From a virus, in IMG/VR virus record IMGVR_UViG_3300035696_000013, positions 68,624 through 132,623 of that record: a stretch of DNA of 64,000 nt; one strand, given 5' to 3'. Below the pieces are notes generated by a model. The model was not told the origin of the DNA. It worked only from the letters and a program-made list of their open reading frames with translations, and made no database searches. The number at the start of each line of letters is the position of its first letter. Within the stretch, counting starts at the first letter, position 1. Shown here in pieces: positions 1 to 10,477 of the stretch. The position numbers were made by a program, and so were the translations under genes.

Positions 1-1
1 G

Positions 2-253
2 ATGCTCATGATCATGGTGATTATCCCCACCTTGATTATTTGCTGGTGCTTCTATCACCCGGCTCTTGCTCACTTCTATTTTGCCAATGCTATTCCGGTT
101 CTTTGGAATGGTGGATTGGCCACCCAACTGGTTCTTGTTTTCTTTGTTCTACTTGTTCTTACCCTCTTCAAAGCCACAAAAAAGATTGCCAAGACTATCC
201 TCTGGTCAGCTATAGTTGTTGGGGTTTGTTTCTACATCTACAAGATTTTCTAA
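2..253 (+). CDS. small membrane protein (possibly 5'-truncated)
   Basis: three hydrophobic stretches; lies at the window edge. Confidence 0.55.
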   Translation: MLMIMVIIPTLIICWCFYHPALAHFYFANAIPVLWNGGLATQLVLVFFVLLVLTLFKATKKIAKTILWSAIVVGVCFYIYKIF

Positions 254-274
254 ACAGCCAGTATTAAGCTGTTA

Positions 275-910
275 ATGAAAACGATCTATGTCGCGGGTCC
301 ATTTTCTTGGCAACAACGCATTAAACAACATGCCGATGAACTCATTGCTCTAGGCTATGAGATTACTGCGGAATGGCTTCAACAGAGCAGCAACTTCACT
401 CGCCCGGATAATTCTACCATTGAACGTCCTGACCTTCCTACCATCTGTAAGATTCTTTCTCAACGAGATATCCGCAATATCTTTGAAGCCGATACATTCA
501 TTGTATTCGAGCCGGGTACAACAATGGAACGTGTAACTCGTGTCGCCGAGTTTGGTGGAGCATTGTTTACAGGGCGTCAATGTATCGTTATTGGACCAGA
601 AGAGGAGGATAAGAAGGATGTCATTAGTAGCATTTTTATTCATTTCTCTGAAGTTCCTGAAATTTGGCAACGACATTGGTGTCGGGAGTTAGATCGTCTT
701 AAGCCTGTTCTTCACTATCAGAATTGGGATGCATTCAAAACCGATATCACCAACCCGGTAAAGCATTTACGTTGTGCTACTTGCGGAATTGAAACTGTAG
801 GTGAAGAGAGTTCTAATTGCAGTTGTGAAGGACTTTCGTTTGTCAAGTGGAGAACTAAGAATTCAGATATTGAAGTTTACCCTCCTAAAGATTCAACTTC
901 CAACCCCTAA
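275..910 (+). CDS. nucleoside 2-deoxyribosyltransferase-like protein
   Basis: N-terminal IYVAGPF motif, D..nI.eAD motif and a later EFG. Confidence 0.6.
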   Translation: MKTIYVAGPFSWQQRIKQHADELIALGYEITAEWLQQSSNFTRPDNSTIERPDLPTICKILSQRDIRNIFEADTFIVFEPGTTMERVTRVAEFGGALFTGRQCIVIGPEEEDKKDVISSIFIHFSEVPEIWQRHWCRELDRLKPVLHYQNWDAFKTDITNPVKHLRCATCGIETVGEESSNCSCEGLSFVKWRTKNSDIEVYPPKDSTSNP

Positions 911-928
911 ATTGAAGGAGACATAATC

Positions 929-1129
929 ATGTCTATTAATCTCGCAGATATCGTGAAGGACTTAGTTACGTGGGCATCGGCTGCCAAGGTTGCAATTGGC
1001 GTAGTAGCAGGATGGCTAGCTAAGAAATGGGCTGTAGCAAAGGCCGAAGCCAAGAAATTGGAAGCTGATGTAAAGGCCGAAGCCGAAAAGCTAGAAGCGG
1101 ACGCAAAGACTGAACTTAAGAAACTGTAA
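929..1129 (+). CDS. small membrane-anchored coiled-coil protein
   Basis: GAAGGAG SD; repeated AEAKKLEAD/AEAEKLEAD. Confidence 0.65.
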   Translation: MSINLADIVKDLVTWASAAKVAIGVVAGWLAKKWAVAKAEAKKLEADVKAEAEKLEADAKTELKKL

Positions 1130-1143
1130 AGTATTAGTTCAGT

Positions 1144-1941
1144 GTGACGCAGAATCCCAAAAAGATAAGATCAGGAGTACGGAACTCTCTATTTCCCACC
1201 ACTCCTCTTCTATTGAGCAAGACTCGCAAACGAAATAATATCCTTGTAGGGGACGACCCTGCGCAGGAGCGATTTGCTGAGCAATTGCTCGGAGTTCAGT
1301 GTAAGTTTGTTCCGACTGTTCAAGATGACGATCTACTTGGGCAAAATCGACCAGTTTTGCTCCGAGTAGAATATGCTCGTTCCATTGAACTCTCCACTCA
1401 AGTTCGCTCTCAAACCGATATTTGGTCTCTAGATCCCATAGAAAAGGGTAGTGCTGGAGCAAACGCCATAGTACGTCATGCTTGTAAGTTATTGGGAATA
1501 GAGAAACCTAATCTAACACTTATTCAGCGAATCGCCGATTTACTTTGCGAAGAACCTATATCCGACATTAAAGCCGCCGTCTGGCACGCTGCTTGGCTGC
1601 TTACCGGGCCTATGCCCGATGAATTTAAACCTTGGTCACAACCTTGGAATTCTCAGAATTGGCTCCCCATAAATGTTGATCCGCAGTATCGTTTGAACAG
1701 TTTGTATCGAGATTTTGTGGGTGTTGTATTTGCTCGCCAAAATCCACCTGATTGGAATGCTGCTCAGAAATTCTTTATCAAGCCCACGAAATTCAACATT
1801 CTTAAGAATGAAGCTTCTACATTGGATTTAAACAAAGTGCGAGCTAGCATTAAAGAACTTAGTCGTTGGCGACTACAAAAGTACAATCCTCTCATTTGTG
1901 CTTTAAAAATCACTGCAATTTGGAGTGGAACAGTATCATAA
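1144..1941 (+). CDS. hypothetical protein
   Basis: 265-aa ORF after an AGTATTA motif. Confidence 0.6.
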   Translation: MTQNPKKIRSGVRNSLFPTTPLLLSKTRKRNNILVGDDPAQERFAEQLLGVQCKFVPTVQDDDLLGQNRPVLLRVEYARSIELSTQVRSQTDIWSLDPIEKGSAGANAIVRHACKLLGIEKPNLTLIQRIADLLCEEPISDIKAAVWHAAWLLTGPMPDEFKPWSQPWNSQNWLPINVDPQYRLNSLYRDFVGVVFARQNPPDWNAAQKFFIKPTKFNILKNEASTLDLNKVRASIKELSRWRLQKYNPLICALKITAIWSGTVS

Positions 1942-2219
1942 ATGGGTGTCTTTTAATGTTAACAACAAATAAAAAGATAGCAATTGGATACGCGGGAATA
2001 GGAGTACTCTACATAGGACTTCTTTTTCTCTTTCTTCTTTCTCCGGATAATTCTCACCTTTCGCACAGATCGAATATGCTCATTAATTTGTTTCCAATTG
2101 TCATCATAGTTTTCAGTGGAATTGCAACTTGGATATGCTGGACAGCAAGATAAACACTCTTCGCTGCTAAATTTCAGGATGAAATTGGTAAAAAGGAGTA
2201 TTGAGTGTTGAGGGAAACA

Positions 2220-2549
2220 ATGCCAGATAAAACAAAAGGTCGCGATCAACTTATCAATATCCTCCAAGAAGACTTACCTCCGGTTATAAATCAGACCAGT
2301 TTAACCAAGAAAGAGGTTGAAGCTATCCTAGGAGTTGTAATTCAAGGAATTGAAAAGACACTTTTACAGAATCTAGACATTAACGGATTCTCGCTTAAGT
2401 TGAACCAATTAGCTAAACTCACTGTTCGTCATAAGGCAGGTATTATTCGTAAGATCCCTTTCAATGGGGAAACCACTCTCACAAAAGATAAGCGTAAAAT
2501 CAAACTTGTTATTCTCGGTAAATTGCGTGAAAACGAAATCGTTAAGTAA
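2220..2549 (+). CDS. HU/IHF-like DNA-binding protein
   Basis: LTKKEVEAIL helix, then KLTVRHKAGIIRKIPFNGE arm resembling HU RNP.TGE. Confidence 0.7.
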   Translation: MPDKTKGRDQLINILQEDLPPVINQTSLTKKEVEAILGVVIQGIEKTLLQNLDINGFSLKLNQLAKLTVRHKAGIIRKIPFNGETTLTKDKRKIKLVILGKLRENEIVK

Positions 2550-2566
2550 TCAAGGAGAAGATCAGT

Positions 2567-3451
2567 ATGGCAAAACAATTTGTTGATGATGAATTAGATG
2601 ATGTACAACCCGCAAAAGCAGCCGTTCCTCCCAATGCTCCGACCAGTCCTACACCATCTCAGCAAAGGAACACTGCTCCGACTCCCGCTGCTCCTACAGC
2701 TACGGCTCGTCGTGCAGCAGCTGTAACGACTGAGGAAGATGTCGAAGATACTGCAAAGCCGGACATTACTACAGATGATGTAGAATTCGGCGACGAAGAG
2801 TTAATGAAGCGTGAAGGATTGATGAAGCTTCTTCCTGAAAAGGGCAAGACTGTTCGTGCTAGCATCTTAAGCTTTGTCAAACCAAAGAAGGGCTACTCTC
2901 ATTACATCCCACAAAAAGGCACATTCCGCTGCCTGTCGGCACGTGATGCTAAAGGCAATGTTCTTGAGCCAGCTGTCTGTTGCGAAAAATTGGGTGATGC
3001 CGATATGATTATTGCTGGTCTCGTTTTGCATTACACCAATGCTCCGACCACCAATGGTAAATACGTTTCTACAAAGGGACCTGATGGCAAAACGCTACCT
3101 GTTTTGCTGGAATGGGACATCAAATGGATCAAACTAAGTCGCTCAGGTTATCGGGCTGTCAGTGCTCTCCCGCCTGAGGACATGACTGTGTACGATATCG
3201 ATTTTACTATCGCATGGCGCAACGCGCAAGGTGGCGGTTTCAATTACAATTATGCTAGCAAGGCACGCTGGAAGTTGAATCCTGAACTAGCCGCAGAAGT
3301 TGAAGCTGCTTGCAAGCCTTACTTAGACGGCAAACGTCTTGTTGACAAACTGGGCAAACGAGCTACTCTATTGGAACTCAAGGCCGCTATGTCCGGGGCT
3401 GCTACAACCGATGTTGAAGATGCCAGTCTTGGTGAAATGGATCAGTTATAA
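2567..3451 (+). CDS. putative single-stranded DNA-binding protein (gp32-like)
   Basis: His/Cys cluster, acidic C-terminal tail, replication-gene context. Confidence 0.5.
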   Translation: MAKQFVDDELDDVQPAKAAVPPNAPTSPTPSQQRNTAPTPAAPTATARRAAAVTTEEDVEDTAKPDITTDDVEFGDEELMKREGLMKLLPEKGKTVRASILSFVKPKKGYSHYIPQKGTFRCLSARDAKGNVLEPAVCCEKLGDADMIIAGLVLHYTNAPTTNGKYVSTKGPDGKTLPVLLEWDIKWIKLSRSGYRAVSALPPEDMTVYDIDFTIAWRNAQGGGFNYNYASKARWKLNPELAAEVEAACKPYLDGKRLVDKLGKRATLLELKAAMSGAATTDVEDASLGEMDQL

Positions 3452-3455
3452 AACC

Positions 3456-3731
3456 ATGAAAAAAGCAATAAAGGTACGGACGATCACTATAGTAATAGCA
3501 CCAGGTATTCCTCAAGAAGAGCTTGAAAAACTTAAGAAACGTTGGTTAACTAATGCCATTGTCGTTGCTAACTATGAAATTGTCGTGGAAGAATTTCAAG
3601 TTTTATCCAGCGAAAAGCTCATCGTTTGTGCTGATGGTATTCCACGGGCTGAAGTCAAGGCATTGAATCGTAAACTTAAACAACAAGATTTAATCTTTGT
3701 AAACTATGCAGTTACAGTAATGGTTCGTTAA
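3456..3731 (+). CDS. hypothetical protein with internal duplication
   Basis: APGIPQEELEKL..VANY and ADGIPRAEVKAL..FVNY repeats. Confidence 0.55.
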   Translation: MKKAIKVRTITIVIAPGIPQEELEKLKKRWLTNAIVVANYEIVVEEFQVLSSEKLIVCADGIPRAEVKALNRKLKQQDLIFVNYAVTVMVR

Positions 3732-3913
3732 GGATCCATGCAAAGAAAAAGCAACAAATTCAAGGTAGAAATTCGAGTGACAGCCAAGGATCGTACTGAA
3801 GCTGCTGTTTCCGGTTGGAGTAGAAAGAATTCAATTCTCTTTCAGGAGAATCCGGCGATTTTGAAAGTCCTAAAGTTTTTGCTCTTGAATCAAAAGTTAG
3901 CAGGAGAAGAATA

Positions 3914-4969
3914 ATGAAACAATACATCGGAATCAGTCGAGATCATAGTGCAAGCATGATGCAAAGCTACCTTACCGAAGGAGCTTGCAACGATTTCAAC
4001 AATGTTATCAAGATTATCAAGTCAGAAGCAAGAGAAAAGGACATCGATACAATTGTTTCTGTTGTCAAGTGCGGTGTAGGTGGTCGAGGTTTAATAGAGC
4101 GGGAAACAGTTAATTCTAGTGTTCAAAGACTTCGACCTCTTTCGAATTACATAGCAGACGGAGGTTCGACTCCTCTCTTTGACAGCGTTGGTGAATTGAT
4201 TGAAATTTTGCAGAGTGCTCCCGATGCTAATGACGATGTTTCTTTTCTTATCATAGTCATAACGGATGGCCGGGATAATTCCTCTGTGCATTATGATGCT
4301 CACACTTTGAGTGAAAAGATACGTTTCCTTCAGAATACCACGGATGGATGGACTTTTGTGTTCCGTGTTCCTTACGGCTATAAGCAAGAACTAGTTCGTA
4401 TGGGTATTCCTGCAGGCAACATTCAAGAGTGGGAACAAACGGTTGAAGGTATTAGAGAAGCTTCTCGAGTCACTCTTGCTGCCATGTCCGATTATTATGG
4501 ACAACGTTTGAAGGGAGTCCGCAGCACTAAGAATTTCTATGCTGATTTGAGTGGTGTCACTCGTCAAGAAGTTAAGACTGTGCTAACCGACATCAGTCAC
4601 GAAGTTCGCATTTGGCCTGTAAAGCGTGGAGGTCAGCAAATTCGTGCCTTTGTGGAAAGAAAGTTACGTCGAGAAATGGCTCTAGGTTCGGCTTTCTACC
4701 AATTGACTAAGCCTGAAAAAGCTGTTCAAGACTACAAAGTCATCATCATTCGAGATAAGAAGACAGGTTCAGTTTACAGCGGTCAGTCGGCTCGAGATCT
4801 TCTGGGGCTTCCTTTCTCAGGAACTATCAAACTCTCGCCGGGTGATCATGGCAATTATGATATTTACATTCAGTCAACAAGTGTAAATCGTAAATTGATT
4901 GCCGGAACTAATGTTCTGTATTGGCCGAAAGCAGTATTACTAGCCAAGGCTGCAAAAGCTGTGAGTTAA
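3914..4969 (+). CDS. vWA domain protein
   Basis: MIDAS-like DHSASM, GSTPLFD, VITDG. Confidence 0.8.
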   Translation: MKQYIGISRDHSASMMQSYLTEGACNDFNNVIKIIKSEAREKDIDTIVSVVKCGVGGRGLIERETVNSSVQRLRPLSNYIADGGSTPLFDSVGELIEILQSAPDANDDVSFLIIVITDGRDNSSVHYDAHTLSEKIRFLQNTTDGWTFVFRVPYGYKQELVRMGIPAGNIQEWEQTVEGIREASRVTLAAMSDYYGQRLKGVRSTKNFYADLSGVTRQEVKTVLTDISHEVRIWPVKRGGQQIRAFVERKLRREMALGSAFYQLTKPEKAVQDYKVIIIRDKKTGSVYSGQSARDLLGLPFSGTIKLSPGDHGNYDIYIQSTSVNRKLIAGTNVLYWPKAVLLAKAAKAVS

Positions 4970-4997
4970 CCTCTTCTTCTCCGAGGTTGATTGAAGG

Positions 4998-5030
4998 AAA
5001 GGCTGGGGGTGCAAACTCCCAGCCTTTTGT
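4998..5030 (+). terminator. intrinsic terminator
   Basis: AAAGGCTGGGGG-tgcaaa-CTCCCAGCCTTTT. Confidence 0.75.
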
Positions 5031-5039
5031 GTATAAGGA

Positions 5040-5762
5040 TTGAAAATGCTCTTAATTGGTATCGATTTTGAAACCACTGGCATGTCTCCCGAAAAGCATG
5101 CTGTAATAGAAGTGGGAGCGATACTTTGGGATACGGATCTTCGTGCCCCTATTCGTGTAATAGGATATCTAGTAAATCCTAGAAAAGATTGTGAATGGGA
5201 CCCAGAAGCAATGGCAAAAAACGGTCTTTCGCAGGAACTTTGTCAGAAATACGGCTATGAAGATGAACGTGCTCTGAAGCAATTATTAGTTTGGTATCAA
5301 CAAGCTGAGATTGCTTGTGCTCATAATGGAACAAAATTTGATCGTCCATTTTTTAGTGCTTGGTGTGCTCATTATGGCTATGATGATCAGCCAAAGAAAC
5401 TCTGGATTGATACCGACACAGATATAGACTTTTCTAGAGGACAAAGTCATCATCTAGATTATATGGCTGCTGATCATCGTTTCCTAAATCCTTTTCCTCA
5501 CAGAGCAGTTTTCGATGTAATGACGATGCTGAAAATTATGGATGAACATGATTGTGCTAAGATCATTGAATCGGCTAAAGAACCCAAGATTATTGTTCAA
5601 GCACTAGTCAGTTTTGAAAACAACAATCTGGCTCGAGTACGAAATTATCGTCCTCATTATGAAGATGGCCGATTTAAAGCTTGGTTAAAAACCATCAATC
5701 AACGTGATTATGCGAAAGAAGCGGAAGAAGCAGGTTTCCCTGTAAGAATATTCAAGTCGTAG
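5040..5762 (+). CDS. DEDDh 3'-5' exonuclease (DnaQ/epsilon-like)
   Basis: IDFETTG, AHNGTKFD, HRAVFD motifs. Confidence 0.85.
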   Translation: MKMLLIGIDFETTGMSPEKHAVIEVGAILWDTDLRAPIRVIGYLVNPRKDCEWDPEAMAKNGLSQELCQKYGYEDERALKQLLVWYQQAEIACAHNGTKFDRPFFSAWCAHYGYDDQPKKLWIDTDTDIDFSRGQSHHLDYMAADHRFLNPFPHRAVFDVMTMLKIMDEHDCAKIIESAKEPKIIVQALVSFENNNLARVRNYRPHYEDGRFKAWLKTINQRDYAKEAEEAGFPVRIFKS

Positions 5763-5788
5763 TATTAAATAGAGTCGCGCAAACATCA

Positions 5789-6760
5789 TTGTTTGAGTTG
5801 GAGAACATGCCTAAGAAAGAAATCTCTTTACAGATCCCGCCTAAAATGGATCATATTAAGCATTGGCTCATCATGGGCCTGGATCCTTCTTTGTCTTGTA
5901 CTGGATATGCTTTTTTGCATGTTGAACCCAGCAGTTCGGAGCATTCTTTCTCTGAATGGCTTCGGGTAGGATCGTGTAAGCCTGATGCAACTAAGAATCC
6001 TGTATGGTTGCGTGCCAAGCTCATGGCTGTCTATTTGAAAGAGCAACTTGACGAAGTATCCTCAGACCTCAGAATAGCTACTCCTTATCATTCAGATCAT
6101 GTTTGTGAACCTAGAGTTAGTTCAGAGATGGGTGCTACTTATGGCAGTGAATTGGCTGGAGATGCTCTAAATTGTAAACATTGTGGGCGAGGTCCGGCGG
6201 AACAAAATCTTGAAGGTGGTCTAGGTCTTCTAGTTGTTATGGAAGCACCTACTCCCACTGATGATTTCCTCAATCGAGTAAATGCTATCTTCCACGAACA
6301 TTTCTTTGAAGGCGATTTATTTCGTCGGTTTAAAACTATTCGTATTTTGACCATAAATGCTAGTACACTTCGTTCTCTTATGGGTTTATTCAAACGAGGT
6401 AACAATAAGGGAGAGAATATCAAACGAGCCTATGATTTCATAGACAAGGAAAATTATGGCAATTTAGATTCAGATGCTTGTGACGCTGTAATGCTTGCTA
6501 TGGTAGCAAGGGCTGCGGCTTCAATCTTATTGGGACTTGCGAATGAAGTTCCTCCTAAATTCCTAAACACACTTTGTAGTGCTGAACTTGTTGCACGGGG
6601 CAATGGTCGTAATGCGCGAGTTACCACAAAAGGTTTGCTTCATACCACAGGGCAGAGACCTGAGTATTGGTATTCATACGACCGTCAAGATTATGTTCTT
6701 TGTGTTAGAGATGCGGCTCAACCAAAGAAGATTCTGCTCCGCAAAAGCTATCAAATCTAA
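5789..6760 (+). CDS. RuvC-like Holliday junction resolvase with insertion
   Basis: MGLDPSLSCTGYA, VVMEAP, DSDACDA. Confidence 0.7.
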   Translation: MFELENMPKKEISLQIPPKMDHIKHWLIMGLDPSLSCTGYAFLHVEPSSSEHSFSEWLRVGSCKPDATKNPVWLRAKLMAVYLKEQLDEVSSDLRIATPYHSDHVCEPRVSSEMGATYGSELAGDALNCKHCGRGPAEQNLEGGLGLLVVMEAPTPTDDFLNRVNAIFHEHFFEGDLFRRFKTIRILTINASTLRSLMGLFKRGNNKGENIKRAYDFIDKENYGNLDSDACDAVMLAMVARAAASILLGLANEVPPKFLNTLCSAELVARGNGRNARVTTKGLLHTTGQRPEYWYSYDRQDYVLCVRDAAQPKKILLRKSYQI

Positions 6761-6769
6761 GGGGAATCC

Positions 6770-8095
6770 ATGGCACCAGGAAAAAAGAAAACAGAAGAGA
6801 AAGAAAAAGAGAAGCCTATTCATCCTCGTTTAATGACGCCAACACAACGACGAGAAAAATTGTTGGAAGCACGTAAGAAGCTTGATGACGATTACAAGGT
6901 TCTTAAGACTGATGACAATGAAAAACTCGTCCCTTATGGTATGCTAGTGATGGATCATGTTCTTCGGCTCCAAGGCATTGGTATGCGTGGTCGTGTAAGT
7001 CAAATTCATGGTAATGAAGGTGCGGGCAAATCTACTTTGACTTACAAAATTGCTCGAAATTTTCAATTAGCAACGGGTGAACCATTGGCCATTTTCGATT
7101 TTGAACGTACAGGTACTGTTCCTTATTTGAAAGCTATCGGCGTGGATATGAGTCCTGAAATGTGCTTCTTCAAGCAGCCGGATTCGGTTGAAGATTGCCA
7201 ACAAGATGTTATCCGTCTTATGCAAGCAGGTACAAGATTCTTCATCTTTGATTCCATTCCTCGTATGAAGAGTAAGATTGATGCTAAATTCATTTTGGAT
7301 GGAAAAGCTTTTAAAGCATCCATGGCTGTTCACGCTCGTGTTATGGCTCAATTTTATGACAATATGCTGCCTCATGTAGCTGAGTATGATGGTCATTTTA
7401 TGATGGTAAACCAGACTCGTGATCGTATAGATTCTGGAGCAGAAAATGCTCAAAAATACCCCACGTATACCAATCTTCCTTACACTCTACCGGGAGGCCG
7501 TTCTTGCCGTTTTACACCATCCGTTATGATTGAGAACAAGATGATGAAAGCATTTAAGGCAGGTGGGGTTGACTTGGGCGGTGGTACGAAAGATGACTTC
7601 ATTCTTGAACCTGAGACTCCTGAAAATAAAGATATCATCGTTGCAACTCGTGTTCGACTTCGCGCTCTTAAGAACAAAGTTGGCGGCGGTGGATATCGAG
7701 AAGGCTATGTTTGGATGCGTCCCGACGGTATCGGTAGGGTCCCCGGTATTGACGAGAATGCTTCTATAAGAGAATTCGCTCGTGCTTATGGTTTGATTGA
7801 TTACACTGGAGGAGGTAAGAATACAAAATGGTTTGTGGGCGCTTCTCCAGAAGAAGCCATTATTACTTACAACAATAAAGAAGAGGCTATTAAGGATCTC
7901 GTAGTCGACGAAAATCCCGAAGTATTGCGAAGACTAAGTATCCTAGTTGCCAAAGCAATAGATTCCGATAGTTCCAGCAAATATGCTACTGAGGTCTCTG
8001 GTCAGTTGGCAACTTATCTGTCGGGAACTGAAGATGATGAAACTGATCCAAATGTAACAGTGAACAAAGCATTTCAAGTCGAAGAAGACATTTAA
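6770..8095 (+). CDS. recA: RecA/UvsX-like recombinase
   Basis: GNEGAGKST Walker A, DFE, FIFDSI, MVNQTR, PGG, KNKV. Confidence 0.85.
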   Translation: MAPGKKKTEEKEKEKPIHPRLMTPTQRREKLLEARKKLDDDYKVLKTDDNEKLVPYGMLVMDHVLRLQGIGMRGRVSQIHGNEGAGKSTLTYKIARNFQLATGEPLAIFDFERTGTVPYLKAIGVDMSPEMCFFKQPDSVEDCQQDVIRLMQAGTRFFIFDSIPRMKSKIDAKFILDGKAFKASMAVHARVMAQFYDNMLPHVAEYDGHFMMVNQTRDRIDSGAENAQKYPTYTNLPYTLPGGRSCRFTPSVMIENKMMKAFKAGGVDLGGGTKDDFILEPETPENKDIIVATRVRLRALKNKVGGGGYREGYVWMRPDGIGRVPGIDENASIREFARAYGLIDYTGGGKNTKWFVGASPEEAIITYNNKEEAIKDLVVDENPEVLRRLSILVAKAIDSDSSSKYATEVSGQLATYLSGTEDDETDPNVTVNKAFQVEEDI

Positions 8096-8101
8096 CAATA
8101 G

Positions 8102-9271
8102 ATGAAATTTTTAGGTAAGAACTTTCAACCTTGGGCCGAATTCAACCTAAATCTGGAAGGGTTAACCGTCTTGGTCGGTCCTTCGGATAAAGGTAAATCC
8201 TCGATTTTTCGTGCATTGAAAGGCTTGCTGCGCAATGAACTTCCCGCCACTTTTGTTCGTAATGGGCAACCTAATCCATTGGATCTTACATTAGAGGTTC
8301 CTGATCATACAATTCAGGCAATTCGTAAAGCTAATGGTTCTACAGAGTACATTGTAGATGGCGGTAAGAAATTCACTAGTTTGGGCGGAAAACTTCCTCA
8401 ACAAGTGATTGACTTGAATATGGGTGAGATTCAGATTGGGGAATATCATATTGATCCAATCTTTGCTTCTCAATTCGGTAGACAGTTTATGTTGGAAACT
8501 TCAGGTCCTACAGAATTGAACACCATCTTAGGCGCTTTCGCTTCCACAGAAAATCTAGAATTTGGCAAGAAACAAGCCAATCTGTTCATCACTCAAAAGA
8601 ATAATGAAGCTCGCACTCTAGCTCGTGAAATCAGCGAAGCTGAAGAGCGAAAGAGCAGATTGAGCAGTCTGCTTTCCGAAGCTACTGTGGTTAAAGATGA
8701 AATTGCTCGGATAGAACCTTTCGTTCGTTCGCTAGAAGCAGGACAATTCTGGTTGGGTAAGGTAGCCATCAGCCGTGCTCGTATCTTCCCCCTGCAGCAA
8801 ATCGTAGCTTCTCTTACCATACCTGATACGTCCCAGGCTCAGTTGTTGAAGCAGCAAAAGGACTATTTGTTACAGGCTGCTGAGAGTCTAAAATGGGCAT
8901 CTTTCTTGCGACAAGTTGAAACCGCTATTACACCTCTTACAATTCTTTGGAGCGAAATTGTAACACAAAATCGTCGGGTTAGAGCATTGAACGAAGTTTT
9001 GGTACAAGTTCAGCGAAAAGAGCAGCTTTCCAATCTTGATGTTATTCATAAATTGAATGTTTTGATTAAAAGAACAACCAACGAATTAGAAACAACTATT
9101 CATCAACAAGACAGTATTAAATACGCAGAGCAAGCCGCATTTTTGAAGAAACGAGTGGTCGCTAAACAATCGGAACTCGCTAGCTTAGAGAAACAAATCT
9201 CATCTCTACAGAAAACTAGCGGTCTTTGTCCAAAGTGCGGTAAACCATTGGAGCATGTCTGTGGATCTTAA
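8102..9271 (+). CDS. SbcC/Rad50-like ATPase, N-terminal half (ends in zinc hook)
   Basis: KNFQ..., GPSDKGKS Walker A, coiled coil, C-terminal CPKC; no Walker B or ABC signature. Confidence 0.75.
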   Translation: MKFLGKNFQPWAEFNLNLEGLTVLVGPSDKGKSSIFRALKGLLRNELPATFVRNGQPNPLDLTLEVPDHTIQAIRKANGSTEYIVDGGKKFTSLGGKLPQQVIDLNMGEIQIGEYHIDPIFASQFGRQFMLETSGPTELNTILGAFASTENLEFGKKQANLFITQKNNEARTLAREISEAEERKSRLSSLLSEATVVKDEIARIEPFVRSLEAGQFWLGKVAISRARIFPLQQIVASLTIPDTSQAQLLKQQKDYLLQAAESLKWASFLRQVETAITPLTILWSEIVTQNRRVRALNEVLVQVQRKEQLSNLDVIHKLNVLIKRTTNELETTIHQQDSIKYAEQAAFLKKRVVAKQSELASLEKQISSLQKTSGLCPKCGKPLEHVCGS

Positions 9272-9539
9272 ACAAATTCAAGAACAAATCAAAACTTTTG
9301 CTGCCAAGCGAGATCAAATCATAGGGGAAATTGGTCGTGAAGAAGGCCAATTAGAAAACTCTTATGCCAAGCTTCGTGAACTTGGTATCGAGAAGCCCGA
9401 AGAAATGACGGCTGCTCAGCTAGAAGCTGTGGCTCAAGATGTTCAAAAACAATTGACTGAGAAGATTTCTGCTCTAGAAGTACAACTTAAAACAGGTGAA
9501 CAACTTATTGCTAAGTACGATTCGCTACAGGAGAATTAA
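9255..9539 (+). CDS. coiled-coil protein
   Basis: heptad-rich 94 aa, overlaps the end of the sbcC half. Confidence 0.65.
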   Translation: MSVDLKQIQEQIKTFAAKRDQIIGEIGREEGQLENSYAKLRELGIEKPEEMTAAQLEAVAQDVQKQLTEKISALEVQLKTGEQLIAKYDSLQEN

Positions 9540-9540
9540 A

Positions 9541-10020
9541 ATGGATATTCCTATGTACAAAGTTGCATCACAGAAACAGGGTGATGGATCTTACCAAGTT
9601 CGTGTAATTCATGACATCAATGGAAATAGTACAGATGTAGTATTTCCTGCTGGAGCATATACTGCCGATTTAGCCGAAGAATACGCAGAATTCAAACGCA
9701 GACAAGTATTTTCAAAGTACGATTTCAATACTGCACTGACAGGTGAAAAAGCTGAACCAGTAAGTCCTCCAACGTTTGTTGGGGATGTATCCACCACTAA
9801 TGTCCCCGTCATTCCTACGATACTAGAGGATGCCTCAGCTGCTACTCTTCCGGGAACAGTAGGAATTGAAGTTGCTCAACCTCCAATTGTAGATGTTGTA
9901 TCGGATCGGTTGCAAGGAGTAGATTGCTCACTCTGCGAGGATGAAACTCCTCACACTCATGAGACTGTACAAATTTCCGGGGGAGAAGTGCAAACGAATA
10001 ATGAGGTAAAGAATGAGTAA
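9541..10020 (+). CDS. hypothetical protein
   Basis: AGGAG SD then ATG at 9541. Confidence 0.6.
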   Translation: MDIPMYKVASQKQGDGSYQVRVIHDINGNSTDVVFPAGAYTADLAEEYAEFKRRQVFSKYDFNTALTGEKAEPVSPPTFVGDVSTTNVPVIPTILEDASAATLPGTVGIEVAQPPIVDVVSDRLQGVDCSLCEDETPHTHETVQISGGEVQTNNEVKNE

Positions 10021-10477
10021 TCAAAGTTGGGATAATCGATTTATGGAAATGGCCTTGCTAGTAGCTAGTTGGAGCAAGGATCGAAACACCCATGTTGGTT
10101 GCATTATTGTGGGACCTCAACGAGAAGTTCGTTCAGTAGGATACAATGGATTTCCTCGTGGAGTAAATGATGAAGTTGAAGCTCGTTTTGAGTGTCCTTT
10201 AAAATATATGTGGACGGAGCACGCCGAGCGCAATGCCATCTACAATTCATCTCGTATGGGATTGTCGTTAGAAGGGTGCACCATGTACCTCAACGGAGAC
10301 CATGGATTCCCTTGTACAGATTGCGCACGAGCGATTATTCAGTGCGGAATCAAATTTCTAGTTGGATTGGCTCCTGATTTTGATAATCCCAAGTACGGCG
10401 CAGAATACAGAAATACGATTACGATGTTTCAAGAAGCCGGGATGGCATTTAGAAGCATTGAAAAGGAAACTAAATGA
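10013..10477 (+). CDS. dCMP deaminase
   Basis: SKD...VG, GYNG, HAERNAI, PCTDC. Confidence 0.9.
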   Translation: MSNQSWDNRFMEMALLVASWSKDRNTHVGCIIVGPQREVRSVGYNGFPRGVNDEVEARFECPLKYMWTEHAERNAIYNSSRMGLSLEGCTMYLNGDHGFPCTDCARAIIQCGIKFLVGLAPDFDNPKYGAEYRNTITMFQEAGMAFRSIEKETK

